Source of the DNA: Eledone cirrhosa
Lineage: Eukaryota
Assembly (NCBI GenBank): GCA_964016885.1
Contig: CAXHJY010000096.1
Coordinates: forward strand, 1,674,001 to 1,738,000
Length of the DNA: 64,000 nt
Direction: 5' to 3'
Shown: positions 23,101 through 37,664 of the stretch, piece after piece
Numbering within the stretch: the first letter of the stretch is position 1
How the letters are laid out: each line of letters opens with the position of its first letter
Notes under the pieces: generated by a model
Told to the model about the DNA's origin: nothing
The model's input: only the letters and a program-made list of their open reading frames with translations
Databases searched by the model: none
Made by a program: the position numbers and the translations under genes

Positions 23101-26100
23101 CAAGGGGAGATAATTTCCAGCCGTCCAAGGGGAGGTAATATCTAGCCGTCCAAGGGGTGATAATTTCCAGCCGTCCAAGGGGAGATAATTTCCAGCCGTC
23201 CAAGGGTAGATAATATCCAGCCGTCCAAGGACATATTTTCCAGCCGTCCAAGGAGAGGTAATTTCTAGCCGTCCAAGGGGAGATAAATTCCAGCCTCCAA
23301 GGTGAGATAATTTCCAGCCAGCCAAGGGGAGATAATTTGTAAAAAAATCAGGGGGAGATAATTTGTAAAAAAAATCAGGGGGAGATAATTTGTAAAAAAA
23401 AATCAGGGGGAGATAATTTGTAAAAAAAATCAAGGGGAGATAATTTCCAGCCGTCCAAGGGGAGATAATTTTCAGCCGTCCAAGGGGAGATAATTTCCCG
23501 CCAGCCAAGGGAAGATAATATTTAAAAAAATCAGGCGGAGATAATTTGTAAAAAAAATCAGGGGGAGATAATTTGTAAAAAAATCAGGGGGAGATAATTT
23601 GTAAAAAAAAAATCAGGGGGAGATAATTTGTAAAAAAAATCAGGGGGAGATAATTTGTAAAAAAAAATCAGGGGTAGATAAATTGTAAAAAAAAATCAGG
23701 GGGAGATAATTTGTAAAAAAAATCAGGGGGAGATAATTTGTAAAAAAAATGAAAGGGGAGATAATATCCAGCCGTCCAAGGGGAGATAATTTCCAGCCGT
23801 CCAAGGGGAGATAATTTCCAGCCGTCCAAGGGGAGATAATTTCCATCCTTCCAAGGGGATATAATTTCCAGCCGTCCAAGGGGAGATAATTTCCCGCCAG
23901 CCAAGGGAAGATAATATTTAAAAAAATTAGGCGGAGATAATTTGTAAAAAAAATCAGGGGGAGATAATTTGTAAAAAATCAGGGGGAGATAATTTGTAAA
24001 AAAAATCAGGGGGAGATAATTTGTAAAAAAAATCATGGGGAGATAATTTGTAAAAAAAATCAGGGGTAGATAATTTGTAAAAAAAAATCAGGGGGAGATA
24101 ATTTGTAAAAAAAAATCAGGGGGAGATAATTTGTAAAAAAAATCAAGGGGAGATAATTTCCAGCCGTCCAAGGGGAGATAATTTTCAGCCGTCCAAGGAG
24201 AGGTAATTTCTAGCCGTCCAAGGGGAGATAATTTCCAGCCGTCCAAGGGGAGGTAATTTCCAGCCGTCCAAGGGGAGATAATTTCAAAAAAAAAATCAGG
24301 CGGAGATAATTTGTAAAAAAAATCAAGGGGAGATAATTTGCAGCCGTCCAAGGGGAGATAATTTTCAGTCGTCCAAGGAGAGGTAATTTCTAGCCGTCCA
24401 AGGGGAGATAATTGCCAGCCGTCCAAGGGGAGATAATTTCCAGCCGTCCAAGGGGAGATAATTTTTTTTTAAAAATCAGGCGGAGATAATTTGTAAAAAA
24501 AATCAGGGGGAGATAATTTGTAAACAAAATCAGGGGGAGATAATTTGTAAAAAAAAATCAGGGGGAGATAATTTGTAAGAAAAATCATGGAGAGATAATT
24601 TCCAGCCGTCCAAGGGGAGATAATTTCCAGCCGTCCAAGGAGACATATTTTCCAGCCGTCCAAGGCGAGGTAATTTCTAGCCGTCCAAGGGGAGATAAAT
24701 TCCAGCCTCCAAGGGGAGATAATTTCCAGCCAGCCAAGTGGAGATAATTTGTAAAAAAATCGGGGAGATAATTTGTAAAAAATATCAGGGAGATAATTTG
24801 TAAAAAAAAATCAGGGGGAGATAATTTGTAAAAAAAATCAGGGGGAGATAATTTGTAAAAAAAAATCAGGGGGAGATAATTTGTAAAAAAAATCAAGGGG
24901 AGATAATTTCCAGCCGTCCAAGGGGAGATAATTTTCAGCCGTCCAAGGGGAGATAATTTCCCGCCAGCCAAGGGAAGATAATATTTAAAAAAATCAGGCG
25001 GAGATAATTTGTAAAAAAAATCAGGGGGAGATAATTTGTAAAAAATCAGGGGGAGATAATTTGTAAAAAAAAAATCAGGGGGAGATAATTTCTAAAAAAA
25101 ATCAGGGGGAGATAATTTGTAAAAAAAAATCAGGGGTAGATAATTTGTAAACAAAAATCAGGGGGAGATAATTTGTAAAAAAAAATCAGGGGGAGATAAT
25201 TTGTAAAAAAAATGAAAGGGGAGATAATATCCAGCCGTCCAAGGGGAGATAATTTCCAGCCGTCCAAGGGGATATAATTTCCAGCCGTCCAAGGGGAGAT
25301 AATTTCCATCCTTCCAAGGGGATATAATTTCCAGCCGTCCAAGGGGAGATAATTTCCCGCCAGCCAAGGGAAGATAATTTTTAAAAAAATCAGGCGGAGA
25401 TTGTAAAAAAAATCAGGGGGGAGATAATTTGTAAAAAAATCAGGGGGAGATAATTTGTAAAAAATAATCAGGGGGAGATAATTTGTAAAAAAATTCAAGG
25501 GGAGATAATTTCCAGCCGTCCAAGGGGAGATAATTTCCCGCCAGCCAAGGGAAGATAATATTTAAAAAAATCAGGCGGAGATTGTAAAAAAAATCAGGGG
25601 GGAGATAATTTGTAAAAAAATCAGGGGGAGATAATTTGTAAAAAAAATCAGGGGGAGATAATTTGTAAAATAATCAGGGGGAGATAATTTGTAAAAAAAA
25701 TCAGGGGGAGATAATTTGTAAAAAAAATCATGGGGAGATAATTTGTAAAAAGAAATCAGGGGTAGATAATTTGTAAAAAAAAATCAGGGGGAGATAATTT
25801 GTAAAAAAAAATCAGGGGGAGATAATTTGTAAAAAAAATCAAGGGGAGATAATATCCAGCCGTCCAAGGAGAGATAATTTTAAAAAAAAATGAGGCGGAG
25901 ATAATTTGTAAAAAAAAAAATCAGGGGGAGTTAATTTGTAAAAAAAAATGAGGGGGAGATAATTTGTAAAAAAAATCAAGGGGAGATAATTTCCAGCCGT
26001 CCAAGGGGAGATAATTTTCAGCCGTCCAAGGAGAGGTAATTTCTAGCCGTCCAAGGGGAGATAATTTCCAGCCGTCCAAGGGGAGGTAATTTCCAGCCGT

Positions 26101-26355
26101 CCAAGGGGAGATAATTTAAAAAAAAAAATCAGGCGGAGATAATTTGTAAAAAAAATCAAGGGGAGATAATTTGCAGCCGTCCAAGGGGAGATAATTTTCA
26201 GTCGTCCAAGGAGAGGTAATTTCTAGCCGTCCAAGGGGAGATAATTTCCAGCCGTCCAAGGGGAGATAATTTCCAGCCGTCCAAGGGGAGATAATTTTTT
26301 TTAAAAAATCAGGCGGAGATAATTTGTAAAAAAAATCAGGGGGAGATAATTTGTA
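17129..26355 (+). repeat. Long duplication, copy 2, containing an extra ~1229 bp internal duplication
   Basis: Collinear with 1-8050. The 136-aa repeat ORF appears twice (19848 and 21077), both with the private GGGGTGATAA variant of the single copy at 2749. Confidence 0.92.
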
Positions 26356-27540
26356 AACAAAATCAGGGGGAGATAATTTGTAAAAAAAAATCAGGGGGAG
26401 ATAATTTGTAAAAAAAATTAGGCGTAGATAATTTGTAAAAAAAAATCAGGGGGAGATAATTTGTAAAAAAAAATCAGGGGGAGATAATTTGTTTAAAAAA
26501 TCAAGGGGAGATAATTTGCAGCCGTCCAAGGGGAGATAATTTTCAGCCGTCCAAGGAGAGGTAATTTCTAGCCGTTCAAGGGGAGATAATTTCCAGCCGT
26601 CCAAGGGGAGATAATTTCCAGCCGTCCAAGGGGAGATAATTTTTTTTAAAAAATCAGGCGGAGATAATTTGTAAAAAAAAATCAGGGGGAGATAATTCGT
26701 AAAAAAAAATCAGGGGGAGATAATTTGTAAAAAAAAATCAGGGGGAGATAATTTGTAAAAAAAATCAAGGGGAGATAATTTCCAGCCGTCCAAGGGGAGG
26801 TAATATCTAGCCGTCCAAGGGGAGATAATTTCCAGCCGTCCAAGGGGAGATAATTTCCAGCCGTCCAAGGGGAGATAATTTCCAGCCGTCCAAGGAGACA
26901 TATTTTCCAGCCGTCCAAGGCGAGGTAATTTCTAGCCGTCCAAGGGGAGATAAATTCCAGCCTCCAAGGGGAGATAATTTCCAGCCAGCCAAGGGGAGAT
27001 AATTTGTAAAAAAATCAGGGGGAGATAATTTGTAAAAAATATCAGGGAGATAATTTGTAAAAAAAAATCAGGGGGAGATAATTTGTAAAAAAAATCAGGG
27101 GGAGATAATTTGTAAAATAAAATCAGGGGGAGATAATTTGTAAAAAAAATCAAGGGGAGATAATTTCCAGCCGTCCAAGGGGAGATAATTTTCAGCCGTC
27201 CAAAGAGAGGTAATTTCTAACCGTCCGAGGAGAGATAATTTCCAGCCGTCCAAGGGGAGATAATTTCCAGCCGTCCAAGGGGAGATAATTTCCAGCCGTC
27301 CAAGGAGACATATTTTCCAGCCGTCCAAGGAGAGGTAATTTCTAGCCGTCCAAGGGGAGATAAATTCCAGCCTCCAAGGGGAGATAATTTCCAGCCAGCC
27401 AAATGGAGATAATTTGTAAAAAAATCAGGGGGAGATAATTTGCAAAAAAAATCAGGGGGAGATAATTTGTAAAAAATAATCAGGGGGAGATAATTTCCAG
27501 CCGTCCAAGGGGAGATAATTTAAAAAAAAATCAGGCGGAG
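25700..27540 (+). repeat. Dispersed duplicate of ~12030-13870
   Basis: ORF offset 13688 (13119 to 26807, 13407 to 27095). Shared rare variants include TTAGGCGTAG, TTGTTTAAAA, CCGTTCAAG, ATAATTCGT and GTCCGAGG. Confidence 0.85.
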
Positions 27541-27613
27541 ATAATTTGTAAAAAAAAATCAGGGGGAGATAATTTGTAAAAAAAAATCAGGGGGAGATAA
27601 TTTGTAAAAAAAA

Positions 27614-30600
27614 TCAAGGGGAGATAATTTCCAGCCGTCCAAGGGAAGATAATTTCCAGCCCTCCAAGGGGCTATAATTTCCAGTGTCCAAGGGGAGATA
27701 ATTTCCAGCCAGCGAAGGGGAGATAATTTTTTTTAAAAAATCATTGGGAGATTTGTAAAAAAAATCAGGGGGAGATAATTTGTAAAAAAAATCAAGGGGA
27801 GATAATTTCCAGCCGTCCAAGGGGAGGTAATATCTAGCCGTCCAAGGGGAGATAATTTCCAGCCGTCCAACGGGAGATAATTTCCAGCCGTCCATGGGTA
27901 GATAATATCCAGCCGCCCAAGGACATATTTTCCAGCCGTCCAAGGAGAGGTAATTTCTAGCCGTCCAAGGGGAGATAATTTCCAGCCGTCCAAGGGTAGA
28001 TAATATCCAGCCGTCCAAGGACATATTTTCCAGCCGTCCAAGGAGAGGTAATTTCTAGCCGTCCAAGGGGAGATAAATTCCAGCCTCCAAGGGGAGATAA
28101 TTTCCAGCCAGCCAAGGGGAGATAATTTGTAAAAAAAATCAGGGGGAGATAATTTGTAAAAAAAAATCAGGGGGAGATAATTTGTAAAAAAAAATCAGGG
28201 GGAGATAATTTGCAAAAAAAATCAGGGGGAGATAATTTGTAAAAAAAATCAGGGGTAGATAATTTGTAAAAAAAAATCAGGGGGAGATAATTTGTAAAAA
28301 AAAATCAGGGGGAGATAATTTGTAAAAAAAATCAAGGGGAGATAATTTCCAGCCGTCCAAGGAGAGATAATTTTAAAAAAAATCAGGCGGAGATAATTTG
28401 TAAAAAAAAATCAGGGGGAGATAATTTGTAAAAAAAATCAGGGGGAGATAATTTGTAAAAAAAAATCAGGGGTAGATAATTTGTAAAAAAAAATCAGGGG
28501 GAGATAATTTGTAAAAAAAAATCAGGGGGAGATAATTTGTAAAAAAAATCAAGGGGAGATAATTTCCAGCCATCCAAGGAGAGATAATTTAAAAAAAAAT
28601 CAGGGGGAGATAATTTGTAAAAAAAATCAAGGGGAGATAATTTCCAGCCGTCCAAGGGGAGATAATTTTCAGCCGTCCAAGGGGAGATAATTTCCCGCCA
28701 GCCAAGGGAAGATAATATTCAAAAAAATCAGGCGGAGATAATTTGTAAAAAAAATCAGGGGGAGATAATTTGTAAAAAAATCAGGGGGAGATAATTTGTA
28801 AAAAAAAAAATCAGGGGGAGATAATTTGTAAAAAAAATCAGGGGGAGATAATTTGTAAAAAAAAATCAGGGGTAGATAATTTGTAAAAAAAAATCAGGGG
28901 GAGATAATTTGTAAAAAAAAATCAAGGGGAGATAATTTGTAAAAAAAATGAAAGGGGAGATAATATCCAGCCGTCCAAGGGGAGATAATTTCCAGCCGTC
29001 CAAGGGGAGATAATTTCCAGCCGTCCAAGGGGAGATAATTTCCATCCTTCCAAGGGGATATAATTTCCAGCCGTCCAAGGGGAGATAATTTCCATCCTTC
29101 CAAGGGGATATAATTTCCAGCCGTCCAAGGGGAGATAATTTTCAGCCGTCCAAGGAGAGGTAATTTCTAGCCGTCCAAGGAGAGATAATTTCCAGCCGTC
29201 CAAGGGGAGATAATTTCCAGCCGTCCAAGGGGAGATAATTTCCAGCCGTCCAAGGAGAGGTAATTCCTAGCCGTCCAAGGGGAGATAAATTCCAGCCTCC
29301 AAGGGGAGATAATTTCCAGCCAGCCAAGGGGAGATAATTTGTAAAGAAATCAGGGGGAGATAATTTGTAAAAAAAATCAGGGGGAGATAATTTGTAAAAA
29401 AAATCAGGGGGAGATAATTTGTAAAAAAAAATCAGGGGGAGATAATTTGTAAAAAAAATCAAGGGGAGATAATTTCCAGCCGTCCAAGGGAAGATAATTT
29501 CCAGCCCTCCAAGGGGCTATAATTTCCAGCGTCCAAGGGGAGATAATTTCCAGCCAGCGAAGGGGAGATAATTTTTTTAAAAAAATCATTGGGAGATTTG
29601 TAAAAAAATCAGGGGGAGATAATTTGTAAAAAAAATCAAGGGGAGATAATTTCCAGCCGTCCAAGGGGAGGTAATATCTAGCCGTCCAAGGGGTGATAAT
29701 TTCCAGCCGTCCAAGGGGAGATAATTTCCAGCCGTCCAAGGGTAGATAATATCCAGCCGTCCAAGGACATATTTTCCAGCCGTCCAAGGAGAGGTAATTT
29801 CTAGCCGTCCAAGGGGAGATAAATTCCAGCCTCCAAGGTGAGATAATTTCCAGCCAGCCAAGGGGAGATAATTTGTAAAAAAATCAGGGGGAGATAATTT
29901 GTAAAAAAAATCAGGGGGAGATAATTTGTAAAAAAAAATCAGGGGGAGATAATTTGTAAAAAAAATCAAGGGGAGATAATTTCCAGCCGTCCAAGGGGAG
30001 ATAATTTTCAGCCGTCCAAGGGGAGATAATTTCCCGCCAGCCAAGGGAAGATAATATTTAAAAAAATCAGGCGGAGATAATTTGTAAAAAAAATCAGGGG
30101 GAGATAATTTGTAAAAAAATCAGGGGGAGATAATTTGTAAAAAAAAAATCAGGGGGAGATAATTTGTAAAAAAAATCAGGGGGAGATAATTTGTAAAAAA
30201 AAATCAGGGGTAGATAAATTGTAAAAAAAAATCAGGGGGAGATAATTTGTAAAAAAAATCAGGGGGAGATAATTTGTAAAAAAAATGAAAGGGGAGATAA
30301 TATCCAGCCGTCCAAGGGGAGATAATTTCCAGCCGTCCAAGGGGAGATAATTTCCAGCCGTCCAAGGGGAGATAATTTCCATCCTTCCAAGGGGATATAA
30401 TTTCCAGCCGTCCAAGGGGAGATAATTTCCCGCCAGCCAAGGGAAGATAATATTTAAAAAAATTAGGCGGAGATAATTTGTAAAAAAAATCAGGGGGAGA
30501 TAATTTGTAAAAAATCAGGGGGAGATAATTTGTAAAAAAAATCAGGGGGAGATAATTTGTAAAAAAAATCATGGGGAGATAATTTGTAAAAAAAAATCAG

Positions 30601-31620
30601 GGGTAGATAATTTGTAAAAAAAAATCAGGGGGAGATAATTTGTAAAAAAAAATCAGGGGGAGATAATTTGTAAAAAAAATCAAGGGGAGATAATTTCCAG
30701 CCGTCCAAGGGGAGATAATTTTCAGCCGTCCAAGGAGAGGTAATTTCTAGCCGTCCAAGGGGAGATAATTTCCAGCCGTCCAAGGGGAGGTAATTTCCAG
30801 CCGTCCAAGGGGAGATAATTTTAAAAAAAAAATCAGGCGGAGATAATTTGTAAAAAAAATCAAGGGGAGATAATTTGCAGCCGTCCAAGGGGAGATAATT
30901 TTCAGTCGTCCAAGGAGAGGTAATTTCTAGCCGACCAAGGGGAGATAATTGCCAGCCGTCCAAGGGGAGATAATTTCCAGCCGTCCAAGGGGAGATAATT
31001 TTTTTTAAAAATCAGGCGGAGATAATTTGTAAAAAAAATCAGGGGGAGATAATTTGTAAACAAAATCAGGGGGAGATAATTTGTAAAAAAAAATCAGGGG
31101 GAGATAATTTGTAAGAAAAATCATGGAGAGATAATTTCCAGCCGTCCAAGGGGAGATAATTTCCAGCCGTCCAAGGAGACATATTTTCCAGCCGTCCAAG
31201 GCGAGGTAATTTCTAGCCGTCCAAGGGGAGATAAATTCCAGCCTCCAAGGGGAGATAATTTCCAGCCAGCCAAGTGGAGATAATTTGTAAAAAAATCGGG
31301 GAGATAATTTGTAAAAAATATCAGGGAGATAATTTGTAAAAAAAAATCAGGGGGAGATAATTTGTAAAAAAAATCAGGGGGAGATAATTTGTAAAAAAAA
31401 ATCAGGGGGAGATAATTTGTAAAAAAAATCAAGGGGAGATAATTTCCAGCCGTCCAAGGGGAGATAATTTTCAGCCGTCCAAGGGGAGATAATTTCCCGC
31501 CAGCCAAGGGAAGATAATATTTAAAAAAATCAGGCGGAGATAATTTGTAAAAAAAATCAGGGGGAGATAATTTGTAAAAAATCAGGGGGAGATAATTTGT
31601 AAAAAAAAAATCAGGGGGAG
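27614..31620 (+). repeat. Third copy of ~2749-6780
   Basis: ORF offset 24839 (4027 to 28866, 4565 to 29404, 5337 to 30176). Shared variants include CCATCCAAGGAGAG, TAAAGAAATC, TAAGAAAAATCATGG and AATCGGG. Confidence 0.88.
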
Positions 31621-34600
31621 ATAATTTGTAAAAAAAATCAGGGGGAGATAATTTGTAAAAAAAAATCAGGGGGAGATAATTTGTAAAAAAAATCAAGGGG
31701 AGATAATTTCCAGCCGTCCAAGGGAAGATAATTTCCAGCCCTCCAAGGGGCTATAATTTCCAGCGTCCAAGGGGAGATAATTTCCAGCCAGCGAAGGGGA
31801 GATAATTTTTTTTAAAAAATCATTGGGAGATTTGTAAAAAAAATCAGGGGGAGATAATTTGTAAAAAAAATCAAGGGGAGATAATTTCCAGCCGTCCAAG
31901 GGGAGGTAATATCTAGCCGTCCAAGGGGAGATAATTTCCAGCCGTCCAAGGGGAGATAATTTCCAGCCGTCCAAGGGTAGATAATATCCAGCCGTCCAAG
32001 GACATATTTTCCAGCCGTCCAAGGAGAGGTAATTTCTAGCCGTCCAAGGGGAGATAAATTCCAGCCTCCAAGGTGAGATAATTTCCAGCCAGCCAAGGGG
32101 AGATAATTTGTAAAAAAATCAGGGGGAGATAATTTGTAAAAAAAATCAGGGGGAGATAATTTGTAAAAAAAAATCAGGGGGAGATAATTTGTAAAAAAAA
32201 ATCAGGGGGAGATAATTTGTAAAAAAAAATCAGGGGGAGATAATTTGTAAAAAAATCAAGGGGAGATAATTTCCAGCCGTCCAAGGGGAGATAATTTTCA
32301 GCCGTCCAAGGGGAGATAATTTCCCGCCAGCCAAGGTAAGATAATATTTGAAAAAATCAGGCGGAGATAATTTGTAAAAAAAATCAGGGGGAGATAATTT
32401 GTAAAAAAATCAGGGGGAGATAATTTGTAAAAAAAAAATCAGGGCGAGATAATTTGTAAAAAGAATCAGGGGGAGATAATTTGTAAAAAAAAATCAGGGG
32501 TAGATAAATTGTAAAAAAAAATCAGGGGGAGATAATTTGTAAAAAAAATCAGGGGGAGATAATTTGTAAAAAAAATGAAAGGGGAGATAATATCCAGCCG
32601 TCCAAGGGGAGATAATTTCCAGCCGTCCAAGGGGAGATAATTTCCAGCCGTCCAAGGGGAGATAATTTCCATCCTTCCAAGGGGATATAATTTCCAGCCG
32701 TCCAAGGGGAGATAATTTCCCGCCAGCCAAGGGAAGATAATTTTTAAAAAAATCAGGCGGAGATTGTAAAAAAAATCAGGGGGGAGATAATTTGTAAAAA
32801 AATCAGGGGGAGATAATTTGTAAAAAAAAATCAGGGGGAGATAATTTGTAAAAAATATTCAGGGGGAGATAATTTGTAAAAAAAATCAAGGGGAGATAAT
32901 TTCCAGCCGTCCAAGGGGAGATAATTTTCAGCCGTCCAAGGAGAGGTAATTTCTAGCCGTCCAAGGGGAGATAATTTCCAGCCGTCCAAGGGGAGGTAAT
33001 TTCCAGCCGTCCAAGGGGAGATAATTTAAAAAAAAAAATCGGTCGGAGATAATTTGTAAAAAAAATCAAGGGGAGATAATTTGCAGCCGTCCAAGGGGAG
33101 ATAATTTTCAGTCGTCCAAGGAGAGGTAATTTCTAGCCGTCCAAGGGGAGATAATTGCCAGCCGTCCAAGGGGAGATAATTTCCAGCCGTCCAAGGGGAG
33201 ATAATTTTTTTTAAAAAATCAGGCGGAGATAATTTGTAAAAAAAATCAGGGGGAGATAATTTGTAAACAAAATCAGGGGGAGATAATTTGTAAAAAAAAA
33301 TCAGGGGGAGATAATTTGTAAAAAAAATCATGGAGAGATAATTTCCAGCCGTCCAAGGTGAGATAATTTCCAGCCGTCCAAGGAGACATATTTTCCAGCC
33401 GTCCAAGGCGAGGTAATTTCTAGCCGTCCAAGGGGAGATAAATTCCAGCCTCCAAGGGGAGATAATTTCCAGCTAGCCAAGTGGAGATAATTTGTAAAAA
33501 AATCAGGGGGAGATAATTTGTAAAAAATATCAGGGAGATAATTTGTAAAAAAAAATCAGGGGGAGATAATTTGTAAAAAAAATCAGGGGGAGATAATTTG
33601 TAAAAAAAAATCAGGGGGAGATAATTTGTAAAAAAAATCAAGGGGAGATAATTTCCAGCCGTCCAAGGGGAGATAATTTTCAGCCGTCCAAGGGGAGATA
33701 ATTTCCCGCCAGCCAAGGGAAGATAATATTTAAAAAAATCAGGCGGAGATAATTTGTAAAAAAAATCAGGGGGAGATAATTTGTAAAAAAATCAGGGGGA
33801 GATAATTTGTAAAAAAAAAATCAGGGGGAGATAATTTGTAAAAAAAATCAGGGGGAGATAATTTGTAAAAAAAAATCAGGGATAGATAATTTGTAAACAA
33901 AAATCAGGGGGAGATAATTTGTAAAAAAAAATCAGGGGGAGATAATTTGTAAAAAAAATGAAAGGGGAGATAATATCCAGCCGTCCAAGGGGAGATAATT
34001 TCCAGCCGTCCAAGGGGATATAATTTCCAGCCGTCCAAGGGGAGATAATTTCCATCCTTCCAAGGGGATATAATTTCCAGCCGTCCAAGGGGAGATAATT
34101 TCCCGCCAGCCAAGGGAAGATAATTTTTAAAAAAATCAGGCGGAGATTGTAAAAAAAATCAGGGGGGAGATAATTTGTAAAAAAATCAGGGGGAGATAAT
34201 TTGTAAAAAATAATCAGCGGGAGATAATTTGTAAAAAAATTCAAGGGGAGATAATTTCCAGCCGTCCAAGGGGAGATAATTTCCCGCCAGCCAAGGGAAG
34301 ATAATATTTAAAAAAATTAGGCGGAGATAATTTGTAAAAAAAATCAGGGGGAGATAATTTGTAAAAAAATCAGGGGGAGATAATTTGTAAAAAAAATCAG
34401 GGGGAGATAATTTGTAAAAAAAATCATGGGGAGATAATTTGTAAAAAAAAATCAGGGGTAGATAATTTGTAAAAAAAAATCAGGGGGAGATAATTTGTAA
34501 AAAAAAATCAGGGGGAGATAATTTGTAAAAAAAATCAAGGGGAGATAATATCCAGCCGTCCAAGGAGAGATAATTTAAAAAAAAAATGAGGCGGAGATAA

Positions 34601-37600
34601 TTTGTAAAAAAAAAATCAGGGGGAGTTAATTTGTAAAAAAAAATGAGGGGGAGATAATTTGTAAAAAAAATCAAGGGGAGATAATTTCCAGCCGTCCAAG
34701 GGGAGATAATTTTCAGCCGTCCAAGGAGAGGTAATTTCTAGCCGTCCAAGGGGAGATAATTTCCAGCCGTCCAAGGGGAGGTAATTTCCAGCCGTCCAAG
34801 GGGAGATAATTTTAAAAAAAAAATCAGGCGGAGATAATTTGTAAAAAAAATCAAGGGGAGATAATTTGCAGCCGTCCAAGGGGAGATAATTTTCAGTCGT
34901 CCAAGGAGAGGTAATTTCTAGCCGTCCAAGGGGAGATAATTTCCAGCCGTCCAAGGGGAGATAATTTCCAGCCGTCCAAGGGGAGATAATTTTTTTTAAA
35001 AAATCAGGCGGAGATAATTTGTAAAAAAAATCAGGGGGAGATAATTTGTAAACAAAATCAGGGGGAGATAATTTTTAAAAAAAAATCAGGGGGAGATAAT
35101 TTGTAAAAAAAATTAGGCGTAGATAATTTGTAAAAAAAAATCAGGGGGAGATAATTTGTAAAAAAAAATCAGGGGGAGATAATTTGTTTAAAAAATCAAG
35201 GGGAGATAATTTGCAGCCGTCCAAGGGGAGATAATTTTCAGCCGTCCAAGGAGAGGTAATTTCTAGCCGTTCAAGGGGAGATAATTTCCAGCCGTCCAAG
35301 GGGAGATAATTTCCAGCCGTCCAAGGGGAGATAATTTTTTTTAAAAAATCAGGCGGAGATAATTTGTAAAAAAAAATCAGGGGGAGATAATTCGTAAAAA
35401 AAAATCAGGGGGAGATAATTTGTAAAAAAAAATCAGGGGGAGATAATTTGTAAAAAAAATCAAGGGGAGATAATTTCCAGCCGTCCAAGGGGAGGTAATA
35501 TCTAGCCGTCCAAGGGGAGATAATTTCCAGCCGTCCAAGGGGAGATAATTTCCAGCCGTCCAAGGGGAGATAATTTCCAGCCGTCCAAGGAGACATATTT
35601 TCCAGCCGTCCAAGGCGAGGTAATTTCTAGCCGTCCAAGGGGAGATTAATTCCAGCCTCCAAGGGGAGATAATTTCCAGCCGTCCAAGGGAAGATAATTT
35701 CCAGCCCTCCAAGGGGCTATAATTTCCAGTGTCCAAGGGGAGATAATTTCCAGCCAGCGAAGGGGAGATAATTTTTTTTAAAAAATCATTGGGAGATTTG
35801 TAAAAAAAATCAGGGGGAGATAATTTGTAAAAAAAATCAAGGGGAGATAATTTCCAGCCGTCCAAGGGGAGGTAATATCTAGCCGTCCAAGGGTAGATAA
35901 TTTCCAGCCGTCCAACGGGAGATAATTTCCAGCCGTCCAAGGGTAGATAATATCCAGCCGCCCAAGGACATATTTTCCAGCCGTCCAAGGAGAGGTAATT
36001 TCTAGCCGTCCAAGGGGAGATAATTTCCAGCCGTCCAAGGGTAGATAATATCCAGCCGTCCAAGGACATATTTTCCAGCCGTCCAAGGAGAGGTAATTTC
36101 TAGCCGTCCAAGGGGAGATAAATTCCAGCCTCCAAGGGGAGATAATTTCCAGCCAGCCAAGGGGAGATAATTTGTAAAAAAATCAGGGGGAGATAATTTG
36201 TAAAAAAAATCAGGGGGAGATAATTTGTAAAAAAAAATCAGGGGAAGATAATTTGTAAAAAAAAATCAGGGTGAGATAATTTGCAAAAAAAATCAGGGGG
36301 AGATAATTTGTAAAAGAAAATCAGGGGTAGATAATTTGTAAAAAAAAATCAGGGGGAGATAATTTGTAAAAAAAAATCAGGGGGAGATAATTTGTAAAAA
36401 AAATCAAGGGGAGATAATTTCCAGCCGTCCAAGGAGAGATAATTTAAAAAAAAATCAGGCGGAGATAATTTGTAAAAAAAAATCAGGGGGAGATAATTTG
36501 TAAAAAAAATCAGGGGGAGATAATTTGTAAAAAAAAATCAGGGGTAGATAATTTGTAAAAAAAAATCAGGGGGAGATAATTTGTAAAAAAAAATCAGGAG
36601 GAGATAATTTGTAAAAAAAATCAAGGGGAGATAATTTCCAGCCGTCCAAGGAGAGATAATTTTAAAAAAAATCAGGCGGAGATAATTTGTAAAAAAAAAT
36701 CAGGGGGAGATAATTTGTAAAAAAAAATCAGGGGGAGATAATTTGTAAAAAAAATCAAGGGGAGATAATTTCCAGCCGTCCAAGGGGAGATAATTTTCAG
36801 CCGTCCAAGGGGAGATAATTTCCCGCCAGCCAAGGGAAGATAATATTCAAAAAAATCAGGCGGAGATAATTTGTAAAAAAAATCAGGGGGAGATAATTTG
36901 TAAAAAAATCAGGGGGAGATAATTTGTAAAAAAAAAAATCAGGGGGAGATAATTTGTAAAAAAAATCAGGGGGAGATAATTTGTAAAAAAAATCAGGGGT
37001 AGATAATTTGTAAAAAAAAATCAGGGGGAGATAATTTGTAAAAAAAAATCAGGGGGAGATAATTTGTAAAAAAAATGAAAGGGGAGATAATATCCAGCCG
37101 TCCAAGGGGAGATAATTTCCAGCCGTCCAAGGGGAGATAATTTCCAGCCGTCCAAGGGGAGATAATTTCCATCCTTCCAAGGGGATATAATTTCCAGCCG
37201 TCCAAGGGGAGATAATTTCCATCCTTCCAAGGGGATATAATTTCCAGCCGTCCAAGGGGAGATAATTTTCAGCCGTCCAAGGAGAGGTAATTTCTAGCCG
37301 TCCAAGGAGAGATAATTTCCAGCCGTCCAAGGGGAGATAATTTCCAGCCGTCCAAGGGGAGATAATTTCCAGCCGTCCAAGGAGACATATTTTCCAGCCG
37401 TCCAAGGAGAGGTAATTCCTAGCCGTCCAAGGGGAGATAATTTTCAGCCGTCCAAGGGGAGATAATTTCCCGCCAGCCAAGGGAAGATAATATTTGAAAA
37501 AATTAGGCGGAGATAATTTGTAAAAAAAATCAGGGGGAGATAATTTGTAAAAAAATCAGGGGGAGATAATTTGTAAAAAAAATCAGGGGGAGATAATTTG

Positions 37601-37664
37601 TAAAAAAAATCAGGGGGAGATAATTTGTAAAAAAAAATCAGGGGGAGATAATTTGTAAAAAAAA

